DNA of 64,000 nt. Source: an uncultured virus (IMG/VR IMGVR_UViG_3300026453_000533). Taxonomy: Duplodnaviria; Heunggongvirae; Uroviricota; Caudoviricetes. The position numbers and the translations under genes were made by a program. Below the pieces are notes generated by a model. The model saw only the letters and a program-made list of their open reading frames with translations, made no database searches and was not told where the DNA came from. The stretch is taken from positions 1-64,000 of the IMG/VR virus record IMGVR_UViG_3300026453_000533. One strand, given 5' to 3'. Of the stretch, positions 1-9,728 are shown in pieces. The stretch's first letter is position 1; every line of letters starts with the position of its first letter.

Positions 1-2
1 TA

Positions 3-857
3 GAAGACGCTGCAGATGTAGTATTAAACTACCACGTAGCACCAGGTGATAACTCAAGAGGTGATTTTGAAGGATCTGGAGCAGACGGTAACAATGTTGC
101 CCCTTCAGTTAGTATCCCTGAAATCGACGTACAATTAGCTTCTGAAGCAATTGTTGCTAAAACTAGAAAGTTGAAAGCACAATGGACTCCAGAATTTGCT
201 CAAGATTTGAATGCTTATCATTCAATTGACGCTGAAGCAGAATTAACTTCAATGTTATCTGAGTACATCTCTATGGAGATTGACCTTGAATTACTTGACA
301 TGTTAATCTCAGGTGCTGGTACTACTGAAAAGTGGTCTGCAGAGAATAACAAAGTATGGACAGGAGCTGCATGGTCAACTGCAGGATCTGATTTCTACAA
401 TACTCAAGGACAATGGTTCCAAACTTTAGGAACTAAATTGCAAAAAGTATCTAACAAAATTCACCAGAAAACGTTAAGAGGTGGAGCAAACTTCGTAGTA
501 TGTTCTCCTTCTGTAGCTACAATCCTAGAATCAATTCCTGGATATGCTGCACAAACTGACGGTGATAAAGCACAATTTGCAATGGGCGTACAGAAAATCG
601 GTTCTTTAGCGAACAGATTCCAAGTATACAAAAACCCTTACATGACTGAAAACGTAATCTTAACTGGTTATAGAGGTGGACAGTTCTTGGAAGCAGGTGC
701 AGTATATGCTCCTTACGTACCATTAATGATGACTCCTCTAGTATACGATCCAGATACCTTTACTCCACGTAAAGGATTGATGACTCGTTATGCTAAGAAG
801 ATGATTCGTCCAGAATTCTACGGTAAGATTTACGTATCTGATTTAGCTCAGGTATAA
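3..857 (+). CDS. Major capsid protein (T4 gp23-like), 5'-truncated by the window edge
   Basis: Frame is open from base 3. Contains TRKLKAQWTPEFAQDLNAYHSIDAEAEL...EID and the C-terminal YAPYVPL...DPDTFTPRKGLMTRYA typical of the gp23 family. Confidence 0.95.
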   Translation, partial: EDAADVVLNYHVAPGDNSRGDFEGSGADGNNVAPSVSIPEIDVQLASEAIVAKTRKLKAQWTPEFAQDLNAYHSIDAEAELTSMLSEYISMEIDLELLDMLISGAGTTEKWSAENNKVWTGAAWSTAGSDFYNTQGQWFQTLGTKLQKVSNKIHQKTLRGGANFVVCSPSVATILESIPGYAAQTDGDKAQFAMGVQKIGSLANRFQVYKNPYMTENVILTGYRGGQFLEAGAVYAPYVPLMMTPLVYDPDTFTPRKGLMTRYAKKMIRPEFYGKIYVSDLAQV

Positions 858-880
858 TCTAAACTTAGATTTTTTATAAA

Positions 881-907
881 GAGAGGCCTTCGGGCCTCTT
901 TTTTTTT
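881..907 (+). terminator. Rho-independent terminator after the capsid gene
   Basis: GAGGCC-TTCG-GGCCTC hairpin followed by a T tract. Confidence 0.9.
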
Positions 908-910
908 GTC

Positions 911-918
911 TATTTATA
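911..918 (+). promoter_or_regulatory. Putative late promoter motif TATTTATA
   Basis: Recurrent intergenic octamer, here upstream of phoH. Confidence 0.55.
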
Positions 919-953
919 AGTAAGAAACAGTAATAGTTTTAATACACTTATAT

Positions 954-1640
954 ATGGCTAGTAACAACTACCACGACGAGGTTTTCGCAAATAAGAGAAG
1001 ACCGAAGAATCCAATAAAGTTTAAAGTCCAACTTAATGAAGAGCAGAAGAAAGCAAAAAAATTAATACTAGAAAATCCTGTAACAGTTTTGAAAGGAATG
1101 GCCGGAAGCGGAAAAACTCTAGTAGCTACACAAGTTGCTCTCGATTTACTATTTACCAAACGTATAGATAAGATAATAATAACCCGTCCAACAGTAGCTA
1201 AAGAAGAGATAGGATTTCTACCAGGAGATATACGTGAAAAAATGGACCCATGGTTAGCACCAATCTATCATAATTTATTCATGCTGTATAATGAGGCAAA
1301 GGTACGTAAGGAAATGGATAATGGTAATATAGAAATAGTACCTTTTGCTTTTATGAGAGGTAGAACTTTTCTAAATTCTTTTGTAATCGTAGATGAAGCA
1401 CAGAATGTTACTCATTCTCAAATGGAAACAGTAATAGGCAGGTTAGGGCAAGGTTCTAAGATGGCTATATGTGGAGACTTAGCTCAAATCGACTTAAGAG
1501 ACAAAAGAGATACAGGATTTAGCTTCCTAAGTAGGTTAGAAGAACAAGTAGAGGGCTTTGTGACTCATTCACTAGCTAAGAACCACAGACATGATATAGT
1601 TGCACCTCTATTGAACGTATATAAAACCTTTAGAGATTAA
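954..1640 (+). CDS. phoH: PhoH-family ATPase
   Basis: GMAGSGKT Walker A, TRP, IGFLPGD, FMRGRTF, DEAQN, GDLAQID motifs. Confidence 0.95.
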   Translation: MASNNYHDEVFANKRRPKNPIKFKVQLNEEQKKAKKLILENPVTVLKGMAGSGKTLVATQVALDLLFTKRIDKIIITRPTVAKEEIGFLPGDIREKMDPWLAPIYHNLFMLYNEAKVRKEMDNGNIEIVPFAFMRGRTFLNSFVIVDEAQNVTHSQMETVIGRLGQGSKMAICGDLAQIDLRDKRDTGFSFLSRLEEQVEGFVTHSLAKNHRHDIVAPLLNVYKTFRD

Positions 1641-1644
1641 ACGC

Positions 1645-1652
1645 TATTTATA
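1645..1652 (+). promoter_or_regulatory. Putative late promoter motif TATTTATA
   Basis: Intergenic, 15 nt before the neck gene ATG. Confidence 0.6.
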
Positions 1653-1666
1653 TAAAACTTTAAGTA

Positions 1667-2809
1667 ATGGCAAATATACAAATATGGGACGGCACTGCTA
1701 CGTTTACCCCAGGAGATACTCCTTTCGGGTTCTACGATAGTGATCAGGCTTTTCAATCTGATGCTGTAAAAGTAGCAAAATTTGTGGGTACTCGTTTAGG
1801 ATACCCTCTTATGGATGTAGAGTTAAAGCAAGAACAAATGTTTGCATGCTTTGAAGAAGCAATAACAACTTACGGTAATGAAGTATTTACTTATAAGATT
1901 AGAGAAAATTATCTAAGCCTAGAAGGAGTCTCAACAGGGAGTCAAGTAAATAATCAATTAGTAGATCCTACCATCAGCAGAATAGTTGAAATATCAAGAC
2001 ATTACGGGACTGAAGCAGGAGTTGGCGGTAATGTAAATAGGTATACAGGTTCTATAGATACTATAGGTAATCAACAGAATTACGATTTAAATGAATGGGC
2101 AGAGAATGAAGGAATAACAGGTGGTATAGAGATAAGAAAGGTGTATTACGAAGCACCACCAGCAATATTACGTTATTTTGACCCATATGCCGGTACAGGT
2201 ACAGGAGTACAGTCTTTAATGACAGCTTTTGACTTCGGATCATTTAGTCCCGGTGTCAATTTCTTAATGATGCCTACATCTTATGACATATTAAAGACTC
2301 AAGCTATTGAATTTAACGATCAAGTAAGAAAATCTACTTATTCCTTTGAAATAGTAAATAATACTCTTAGATTATTCCCTATACCTAGTCGAAATGGTAA
2401 GATGCACTTCGAATACTATAAGAATGTTGATAAATCTAAGCTAAACTTTAACAATGACCCAGGTCTTATAACAAATATAGGAGAAGTACCTTACTCTAAC
2501 CCAGAATATAAAGGTATAAACAGCGTAGGACGTCAATGGATATTCAACTACACGTTAGCTTTATCAAAAGAGGTGCTAGGTTATATAAGAGGTAAGTATC
2601 AAACAGTACCAGTACCTGGTTCTGAAGCGACTCTCAATCAAGCCGACTTATTAACCGATGCTAGGGCAGAAAAAACAGCACTCTTAACTCAATTAAGAGA
2701 AACTTTAACCTCAACAGGTAGGTCAGCCCAGTTGGATGCACAAGCTAAAGAATCAGAAGATGTAGAAAACATCTTAAAATCAATTCCAATGACAATATAC
2801 GTAGGTTAA
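1667..2809 (+). CDS. Neck/head-tail adaptor protein (T4 gp13-like)
   Basis: RLGYPLMDVEL...ACFEEAI N-terminus and WIFNYTLALSKEVLG.IRGKY...LN C-terminus; position after the capsid gene. Confidence 0.75.
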   Translation: MANIQIWDGTATFTPGDTPFGFYDSDQAFQSDAVKVAKFVGTRLGYPLMDVELKQEQMFACFEEAITTYGNEVFTYKIRENYLSLEGVSTGSQVNNQLVDPTISRIVEISRHYGTEAGVGGNVNRYTGSIDTIGNQQNYDLNEWAENEGITGGIEIRKVYYEAPPAILRYFDPYAGTGTGVQSLMTAFDFGSFSPGVNFLMMPTSYDILKTQAIEFNDQVRKSTYSFEIVNNTLRLFPIPSRNGKMHFEYYKNVDKSKLNFNNDPGLITNIGEVPYSNPEYKGINSVGRQWIFNYTLALSKEVLGYIRGKYQTVPVPGSEATLNQADLLTDARAEKTALLTQLRETLTSTGRSAQLDAQAKESEDVENILKSIPMTIYVG

Positions 2810-3108
2810 TGAAGTTATTAGATATTATATTAGAAATAGAGTACAGAACGTACGAGGCAATGGTACAAGTTACCTTTACTGAAGACGGCCCTGAAGGGTA
2901 TGACGATGCTATTCGTGCTTTACCTGGTGTAACTACCTGTACTGTAGCTTCTAAAGACAGTACTAATAATAGAGCTACCTATAAAGTAAAGATAATAAGC
3001 CAAAAAGAAGCTAAAGAAGCTTTTGACGCTTTAAAAACTAATGCCAAAGCTAAATACAGTGATATAGCTGTGATAGAAGTAGGTGAACAAACAATAGAAG
3101 AAAAATAA
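2809..3108 (+). CDS. Hypothetical protein, possibly head-associated
   Basis: Translationally coupled on both sides (TAATG overlaps); MKLLDIILE N-terminus. Confidence 0.6.
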   Translation: MKLLDIILEIEYRTYEAMVQVTFTEDGPEGYDDAIRALPGVTTCTVASKDSTNNRATYKVKIISQKEAKEAFDALKTNAKAKYSDIAVIEVGEQTIEEK

Positions 3109-3593
3109 TGCTATTTGGATCTAATAGAGACTTTGATTTACTTGTAAACATCAATCGTGAGCTTTTAAAAGACATAATTGAACAGGAAGTACTATACCAT
3201 AAACTCAGTTTAGAGGATTTAGACGTTAATTTATACGGAGAAGCATTAGAAAAGACATATTGGAATGCAATTAAGATGTATTGCTTAATAACCAGAGGTG
3301 ATCAAGTATACGATGTACAGGAATTTGGTGTAGATTTAGGTAGAGAAGCATCATTTGCATTTATTAGACAGGATTTAGCAGACTCTCAGGTAGTTCCGGA
3401 AGTAGGAGACATCATTCAATGGCATAATGACTTCTATGAAGTAGATTCAGTAAGAGAAAATCAACTATTCTTAGGTAGAGATAAATCGTATAACCTATCT
3501 AACTATGCTTCTGGATTTGGATCATCAGTTTCTATAACTGTTGATTGCCATTTAACAAGAGCAGATAGAGTAGGACTAACAGAAGTAAGATAA
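3108..3593 (+). CDS. Head closure/neck protein (gp14-like)
   Basis: NLYGEA, PEVGDII.W...YEV motifs; gene order. Confidence 0.65.
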   Translation: MLFGSNRDFDLLVNINRELLKDIIEQEVLYHKLSLEDLDVNLYGEALEKTYWNAIKMYCLITRGDQVYDVQEFGVDLGREASFAFIRQDLADSQVVPEVGDIIQWHNDFYEVDSVRENQLFLGRDKSYNLSNYASGFGSSVSITVDCHLTRADRVGLTEVR

Positions 3594-3594
3594 T

Positions 3595-4452
3595 ATGGCA
3601 GGAAATAAACCAACACCGAAAAGTCAAGCAAGGTTATCACAAGATAGCCTAAAAAACTATGTTAATCCAGATACTGGCGCTCCAATCAACGGAAAGTATG
3701 AAGTAGATTCTACTAAAAGTAGGGCTAATCAAATAAGTAGAAAAAACGATAAAGTTAAAAACATAACTGTCGGGATAAAAGATATAGATGAATCTATTTA
3801 CTTTTATTTTAATGAAATACTAAGACCTCAAGTAATACAGAACGGAAAAACTATAAACGTACCACTTGTATATGGATCTCCCGAAAGATGGGCTTCGATG
3901 CAGAAAGATGGATACTATAGAGATAAAAACGGTAAAATGCAAGCACCGTTAATTGTGTTTAGAAGGGATAGTTTAGAAAAAAACAGGCAGTTAGGTAATA
4001 AGATGGATGGTAATAATCCAAATAACTTCGGCATCTTCAAAAAAGAATTTTCAAAGAAGAATATTTACGATAGATTCGGTGTACTTAATAGTAGAAAGCC
4101 TGTAGAGGAATATTACGCAGTTGCTATTCCTGATTATGTAAACATTGTATATTCTTGTATTATATTTACCGATTATGTTGAACAAAACAACAAAATAATA
4201 GAAGGTATTAACTTTGCTTCTGATTCCTACTGGGGAGATCCAAGTAAATTTAGATTTAGAGCACAAATTAACAACTATACTACATCAGCAGAGATAGTAC
4301 AAGGTAATGATAGAATAATAAAAACAGAATTTCAAATAAACCTATTAGGACATATAATAACTGACGCAATTAACGCACACCCGCATAATAATAGAAAATT
4401 CTATACTAAATCTGAGTTAAAATTTGGTGCAGAAACAGAGACTGATCTTTAA
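3595..4452 (+). CDS. Tail terminator/sheath stabiliser (gp15-like)
   Basis: VPLVYGSPERW motif, PDYVNIVY; follows the neck genes. Confidence 0.6.
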   Translation: MAGNKPTPKSQARLSQDSLKNYVNPDTGAPINGKYEVDSTKSRANQISRKNDKVKNITVGIKDIDESIYFYFNEILRPQVIQNGKTINVPLVYGSPERWASMQKDGYYRDKNGKMQAPLIVFRRDSLEKNRQLGNKMDGNNPNNFGIFKKEFSKKNIYDRFGVLNSRKPVEEYYAVAIPDYVNIVYSCIIFTDYVEQNNKIIEGINFASDSYWGDPSKFRFRAQINNYTTSAEIVQGNDRIIKTEFQINLLGHIITDAINAHPHNNRKFYTKSELKFGAETETDL

Positions 4453-4523
4453 AGAAAGGTCCTATTTATTGTAAAGGGTGAAATTCCGTCGGTTATACCT
4501 ATAGATAAAATTAATAAAAGTAG

Positions 4524-7500
4524 ATGACTAAGTTCACCGGCAAATTATCAGGCTCGTTAGCATTCGAAAGAAGCGGCTCAACTCCTATCCAGCTTATCCC
4601 TGGTATAGAATCCCTACATTTAACTGGTTCTCTAAATATAACGGGTTCTAAATTAACTTTCAACGGTACTGATGTAATAAATCGTATTGAAGCATTAGAA
4701 TCAGGCGGTGGCAGTACCACTTCCTTACTTCCTTTAAATAACTTTACAGGTTCTATATCAAACGAAGTAGATGTTCTTTCTTCTTCTTTAAATAACTCTA
4801 TATCTGGACTTAATGCAGCAACTTCTTCTTATTTAGTTGACTCTGATTTAAGTAATGTAATATCCTCTTCTGCTCAAATATCAGGATTAGGATTTTTAAA
4901 TGAGTTACCAGCACTTATTATATCATCTTCTGAACAAATAACTGCTTTAGGATTTGATGTAGATGCAGAAGTACCAAGTGGGACAGTATCATCTTCTTTA
5001 CAGATAAGTGAATTAGGATTTATAACAGGAAGTACATATGATGACTTAGTAGGTATACCTTCAAGTATTATTTCATCTTCAGCACAAATATCTGCTTTAG
5101 GATTTGGTGCAGGTGGAGACAGCACTCCCGAAGGCACAGTATCATCTTCAACTCAGATACTATCAGCAGTAACTTCTGGTGATTTAGATATGGGGGGTAA
5201 CAAAGTCCTATTTGGAAATGTATATTCTCAATTAGCAGATTTACCTAATGCATCTACATATCACGGAATGTTTGCTCATGTACATGCAACAGGTAAAGCA
5301 TACTTTGCTCATAACGGAGAGTGGGTTGAATTAGCAAATGCTGGAAGTGGAGCAAGTATACCCTCAGGAACAGTATCCTCATCAGCACAAATTGAAGAAT
5401 TTGGGTTTATAACATCTTCAGATGTTGCATATGACGGTAATAGAATAATTTCTAACACAGCTCATCCTTTATTCAATACATTTAATCCTGGAAGTGAAGG
5501 AACAGTAACAGATTTCTTGGATGCAATGTTTTATCCAAACTCTGCACCATCTATCACAACAGGTAATCAAACAATTGCAGAATTTACTCCTTCTGGAAGT
5601 TCAATAGTAACTTTAGCAGGTTCAGATGCTGAATCTCAAGCTATTACTTTTACAATAGACCCTACTTATACAGAGAATTTTGCTACTATAGAGAATGGAG
5701 TGTTAAAACTAAATGTTTTACCGATAGCAGAAAACTTTAATACAGACAATAGAGGTGATGGAACACTAGCACACCCGGTCGTAATTAGAGCAACAGACAC
5801 AATTGGAGGATTTAGTACTAAAACAATATATTTAAATGTTACTGCTAACACTGCCCCTATATTTAGAGAAACTTCTATATCGGGTAATCAAATTAGTTCA
5901 TTTAGCACATCTAGAAATGAAAGTGCAGTATCTGGGCTAGTAAGTAGAATATATTTTACGGATTCAGAAAGCGATTCTATTACTATCACATCAGCCTCAG
6001 ATGCATCAGGACATTTTAGTCTTACTAAGTACGCTACTTACGTAGAATTGAGACAGGTCACTTCATCTTTAGATTATGAAAGTATAACATCGTACAACAT
6101 GTCAATAACTGCTTCTGATGAACATGCAGTTGCAGGAGACGATGCTGATGCAGTAACAATGCTACCTATAAGTATCACAGTAGTAGATAATGCACAGCCA
6201 ACTGTTAATAACCAAACACTTACTGGTGTTAATGAAAGTAGTATCGATGGAACAACAGCAGGAAGCATCACCGCAACAGATCCAGAAGGAAATACTATTA
6301 CTTTTGCAAACGCTAGATTACATAGTTTAGAACTAGATGGAAACCCAGTAGCAACTGGTTCCTACTCTGGTACTTCAGCAGCAACAGATCCACATGAAGA
6401 TGCCTTTTCTATATCTACTAATGGAGTAGTAACAAGGAAAGCTGGAGTTCTATTAAACTCTGATATAATTAATAAGTACATATATGAAGTAAGGGTAACT
6501 GACGCATATAATACAGGTACAGATAAAGGTCTGATAAGTATACCGATTGCTGATGATACCACTCCTTCAATAAGTGGAGACACAACATTATATGTAATAG
6601 AGTCTGCAGTCAATGGAGATAATATTTACGATAATAGTAATGGATACTCGGGTACTGTCTCGATATTCTCATCTAACCAATCAGTAACATGGTCAGTCAG
6701 CTCATCTAACGACTTTACTATAGATTCTTCTGGTTACTTATTTGCAGGTAGAGATATTTCAGGTTCTGCCACAGCAGGAGGATCCCAAATAGATGGAGTA
6801 GTAACAGCAACTAATTCATTTGGTTCATTTTCTACTCAAGCATTTTCTGTTAACGTAACAGATAATCAAGCACCTAATATTACGTTTAGTAATACTAGTG
6901 CTAATTTAAATACAAACAAAGCTAGAGCAAATAGTAATAACTTAGTTACTATTACATTTTCTGACCCAGAAGGAAATGCTTTAGACCATGACTCATTCTC
7001 TGCTACTTTTGCAGGCGCTAATCTTACCGCAGTAAAATCAGGAGATAGCTACTTAATTAGAGCTACAGATACGCTTGCAGCAGGTAATTACCAAATTACA
7101 GCAAGTATATCAGATCAACAAGGATTTGCTACTAGAACATCTACTCACAACTTTACTATTGCACAAGCAGTAGTTGGTTCATTAAGTGTAAACGGAACTT
7201 TATACGTAATTGAATCAGCAGAAAGTGGAGACAGTATAGTATTAGGTACAAGCGGTAGAAGCGGTACCCAAGGAGATTTAAGCGTAGCATACTCACCATC
7301 ATATGGTAGTCAAGCAGTGCAAGCATTTACTTCATCTAACGCACTAATTGCTGTTAATTCTAATGGTAACTTAACTGTTGGAAACGATATTAGCGGCAGT
7401 GGAAATGTAGGAGGTAGTACTATATCATCAACTATTAATTTCCAAGATCAATACGGTAATATAGGAAGCGGATCAATTACAGTTAATATAACTGATAATG

Positions 7501-9017
7501 CAGCACCAACTATATACTTTAGTGATACTGCTGGCAATCATAATACGAACTTAGCAAGACCAGGCAATACTTTAACTACGGTTTCATTCTCAGATAATGA
7601 AGGAGACGGAATTGATTATGGTTCATTTATATTAACAGATGCTTCAGGTAAACTTAATGCAGTAAAAAGTGGAAATAGTTACCTTATACAGCCTAATACT
7701 AATTTACCAGCAGCTACTTATACATACTCTGTCTCTATAACAGATGAACATGGATTTGCTACTAGTACAGAATCAGATTCATTTACAGTAGCACAAGCAG
7801 ACAACGGTACCTTAAATGGTGACACAACAATATACGTAATAGAGTCAGCTGAATCAGGAGACGTATTTAGAGATGCAACTGGATATAATAACGGTAATGC
7901 AGCAGACGTAGGAGTAAGCTATTCAACGTCATACGGTTCACCTTCAGTCCAAGCATTTACTTCTTCTAACGCAGCCATAGTAATTAATAGTAATGGTAAT
8001 TTAAGTTTAGGAGTTGATATAAGCGGTTCTGCAACAAGCTCGGGTGATACAATAGTAAGTACTATAACATATCAAGATCAATTTGGTAATATAGGCTCTG
8101 GTACTGTAACAGCTAATGTATTTGCTAATTTAGCCCCATCAGTATCTATATCATTATCTAGCGGATTAAAAGAAGGAGAAATAAGCAACGGAACCAATGT
8201 AGGTACTATCTCAGTTGGAGATACTGAATCAGACTACCCTATAACATTAACTTTATCAGGAACAGATGCTTCAGACTTTACTGTAACATCGGCAAACGAA
8301 AACGGTACTCTTTGGAATATTACAGCAAATAGTTCGTTAACAGCTGGCACTTATTCGTTTACTGCAAATGCAACTGATTCATTTGATAAAGTTGGAACAG
8401 ATAGTGATAGTATAACAGTTGCAGCACCAGCAGTGAGCTGGTATGCTTATATGTATGAAGGTGGAGTTTATGCTACATCTGAAGCTAATGCTTTGACAAT
8501 GTTAGGAGATGCAAACGATGACGGAACAACAGATGCTAACAGTACATTTGCTGCTTTTGCAGGAGGTAATATAGGTCAAGGTACCATAACTCATACAATA
8601 CATAGTGGGCTAGGTATTACTAAGACAATAGAAGTTGGAAGCGGATTAGGATTAAGCGGAGATAGAACAACTGCTCTACTTAGTGATTTAAATCAAGCTA
8701 CAGGTTCACAAGGAAATTCAAGTTTAGTAATTGTATTCCCTTCTGGTTCAGACTTTACTCTACCTAAAACAATGGCAAATAGTGTAGGAGGAGCAACAGC
8801 AGGAGAATATGTTCTATTTGCAGATAGGGTTGGAACAGGAATTAATGATGCACCACAATCTGCTTATGTAAGATATTTTGACTTTGACAGCGGTAATACT
8901 TACCCTAACACTTCTATTGATCGATTTGGAGTATTATTTACACAAGGAGATGCAACATCTGATATAACTTATTTTCTAATGGCGTCGAGTGGTTCGGCTC
9001 CATCATCAACACAATAA
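4524..9017 (+). CDS. Giant virion-associated protein with cadherin/Ig-like repeats
   Basis: 1497 aa, Ser/Thr/Gly-rich. N-terminal P.GTVSSSAQI repeats, LDYE and DxE cadherin-like motifs, repeated LYVIESA modules. Confidence 0.7.
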   Translation: MTKFTGKLSGSLAFERSGSTPIQLIPGIESLHLTGSLNITGSKLTFNGTDVINRIEALESGGGSTTSLLPLNNFTGSISNEVDVLSSSLNNSISGLNAATSSYLVDSDLSNVISSSAQISGLGFLNELPALIISSSEQITALGFDVDAEVPSGTVSSSLQISELGFITGSTYDDLVGIPSSIISSSAQISALGFGAGGDSTPEGTVSSSTQILSAVTSGDLDMGGNKVLFGNVYSQLADLPNASTYHGMFAHVHATGKAYFAHNGEWVELANAGSGASIPSGTVSSSAQIEEFGFITSSDVAYDGNRIISNTAHPLFNTFNPGSEGTVTDFLDAMFYPNSAPSITTGNQTIAEFTPSGSSIVTLAGSDAESQAITFTIDPTYTENFATIENGVLKLNVLPIAENFNTDNRGDGTLAHPVVIRATDTIGGFSTKTIYLNVTANTAPIFRETSISGNQISSFSTSRNESAVSGLVSRIYFTDSESDSITITSASDASGHFSLTKYATYVELRQVTSSLDYESITSYNMSITASDEHAVAGDDADAVTMLPISITVVDNAQPTVNNQTLTGVNESSIDGTTAGSITATDPEGNTITFANARLHSLELDGNPVATGSYSGTSAATDPHEDAFSISTNGVVTRKAGVLLNSDIINKYIYEVRVTDAYNTGTDKGLISIPIADDTTPSISGDTTLYVIESAVNGDNIYDNSNGYSGTVSIFSSNQSVTWSVSSSNDFTIDSSGYLFAGRDISGSATAGGSQIDGVVTATNSFGSFSTQAFSVNVTDNQAPNITFSNTSANLNTNKARANSNNLVTITFSDPEGNALDHDSFSATFAGANLTAVKSGDSYLIRATDTLAAGNYQITASISDQQGFATRTSTHNFTIAQAVVGSLSVNGTLYVIESAESGDSIVLGTSGRSGTQGDLSVAYSPSYGSQAVQAFTSSNALIAVNSNGNLTVGNDISGSGNVGGSTISSTINFQDQYGNIGSGSITVNITDNAAPTIYFSDTAGNHNTNLARPGNTLTTVSFSDNEGDGIDYGSFILTDASGKLNAVKSGNSYLIQPNTNLPAATYTYSVSITDEHGFATSTESDSFTVAQADNGTLNGDTTIYVIESAESGDVFRDATGYNNGNAADVGVSYSTSYGSPSVQAFTSSNAAIVINSNGNLSLGVDISGSATSSGDTIVSTITYQDQFGNIGSGTVTANVFANLAPSVSISLSSGLKEGEISNGTNVGTISVGDTESDYPITLTLSGTDASDFTVTSANENGTLWNITANSSLTAGTYSFTANATDSFDKVGTDSDSITVAAPAVSWYAYMYEGGVYATSEANALTMLGDANDDGTTDANSTFAAFAGGNIGQGTITHTIHSGLGITKTIEVGSGLGLSGDRTTALLSDLNQATGSQGNSSLVIVFPSGSDFTLPKTMANSVGGATAGEYVLFADRVGTGINDAPQSAYVRYFDFDSGNTYPNTSIDRFGVLFTQGDATSDITYFLMASSGSAPSSTQ

Positions 9018-9029
9018 TACCTATAGAAT

Positions 9030-9671
9030 ATGCCAATAAACATTAGTACAGATATAGCGATAACCACAGGCGGTAAGTTAACAGACATTACCGCAATACA
9101 AGGTGGATGGCAGACAGTTGATACTGTAGCTGATATGAACGCTTATACAGGTAGTGCTACATTAAAAGGAAAGCTGACGAATGGTCAAATTTTCTATATT
9201 AATGGAACAGAAGAATTATACCAATTAGTAATTGCCGGTTCATTTCCATTTAGTACGTATACATTTGAAAGTTTCGCATGGCCTGGAGGAGGTGGCGACG
9301 GATCAGGAGATATAACTGCTGTTACTGCAGGTGACGGATTATCAGGAGGAGCAAATTCAGGCGCTGCTACTCTATCATTAGACACAGGCTCTAGTCACTT
9401 TATCAATGCAATTAATGGATTAGCTACAAGCGGTATATTTACTGCAACAGGTTCAGCATATTCAACAACTAACGACTTACAAGTTACCGGTTCAATTGAA
9501 TTCCAATATAACGGTTCATCTGATCCGATAACTATCAATTCAGGTTCTAAACAAATGTTTTCAATTCAAGGAAATGGAGTATTAGTGTTTACTTCTCAAT
9601 CAGTAACTCCACCACCGGTAGATGGCGGGATGTATAGAGATATTGACGGTAATTTTTATTTCGGTATTTAG
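9030..9671 (+). CDS. Putative virion structural/fibre protein
   Basis: GDITAVTAGDGLSGG fibre-type motif; Gly/Thr-rich. Confidence 0.55.
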   Translation: MPINISTDIAITTGGKLTDITAIQGGWQTVDTVADMNAYTGSATLKGKLTNGQIFYINGTEELYQLVIAGSFPFSTYTFESFAWPGGGGDGSGDITAVTAGDGLSGGANSGAATLSLDTGSSHFINAINGLATSGIFTATGSAYSTTNDLQVTGSIEFQYNGSSDPITINSGSKQMFSIQGNGVLVFTSQSVTPPPVDGGMYRDIDGNFYFGI

Positions 9672-9728
9672 AAGTATAACATATTTATTATAGTAACAAA
9701 AAACAATTAAAATTTAAAATTATTTAAC

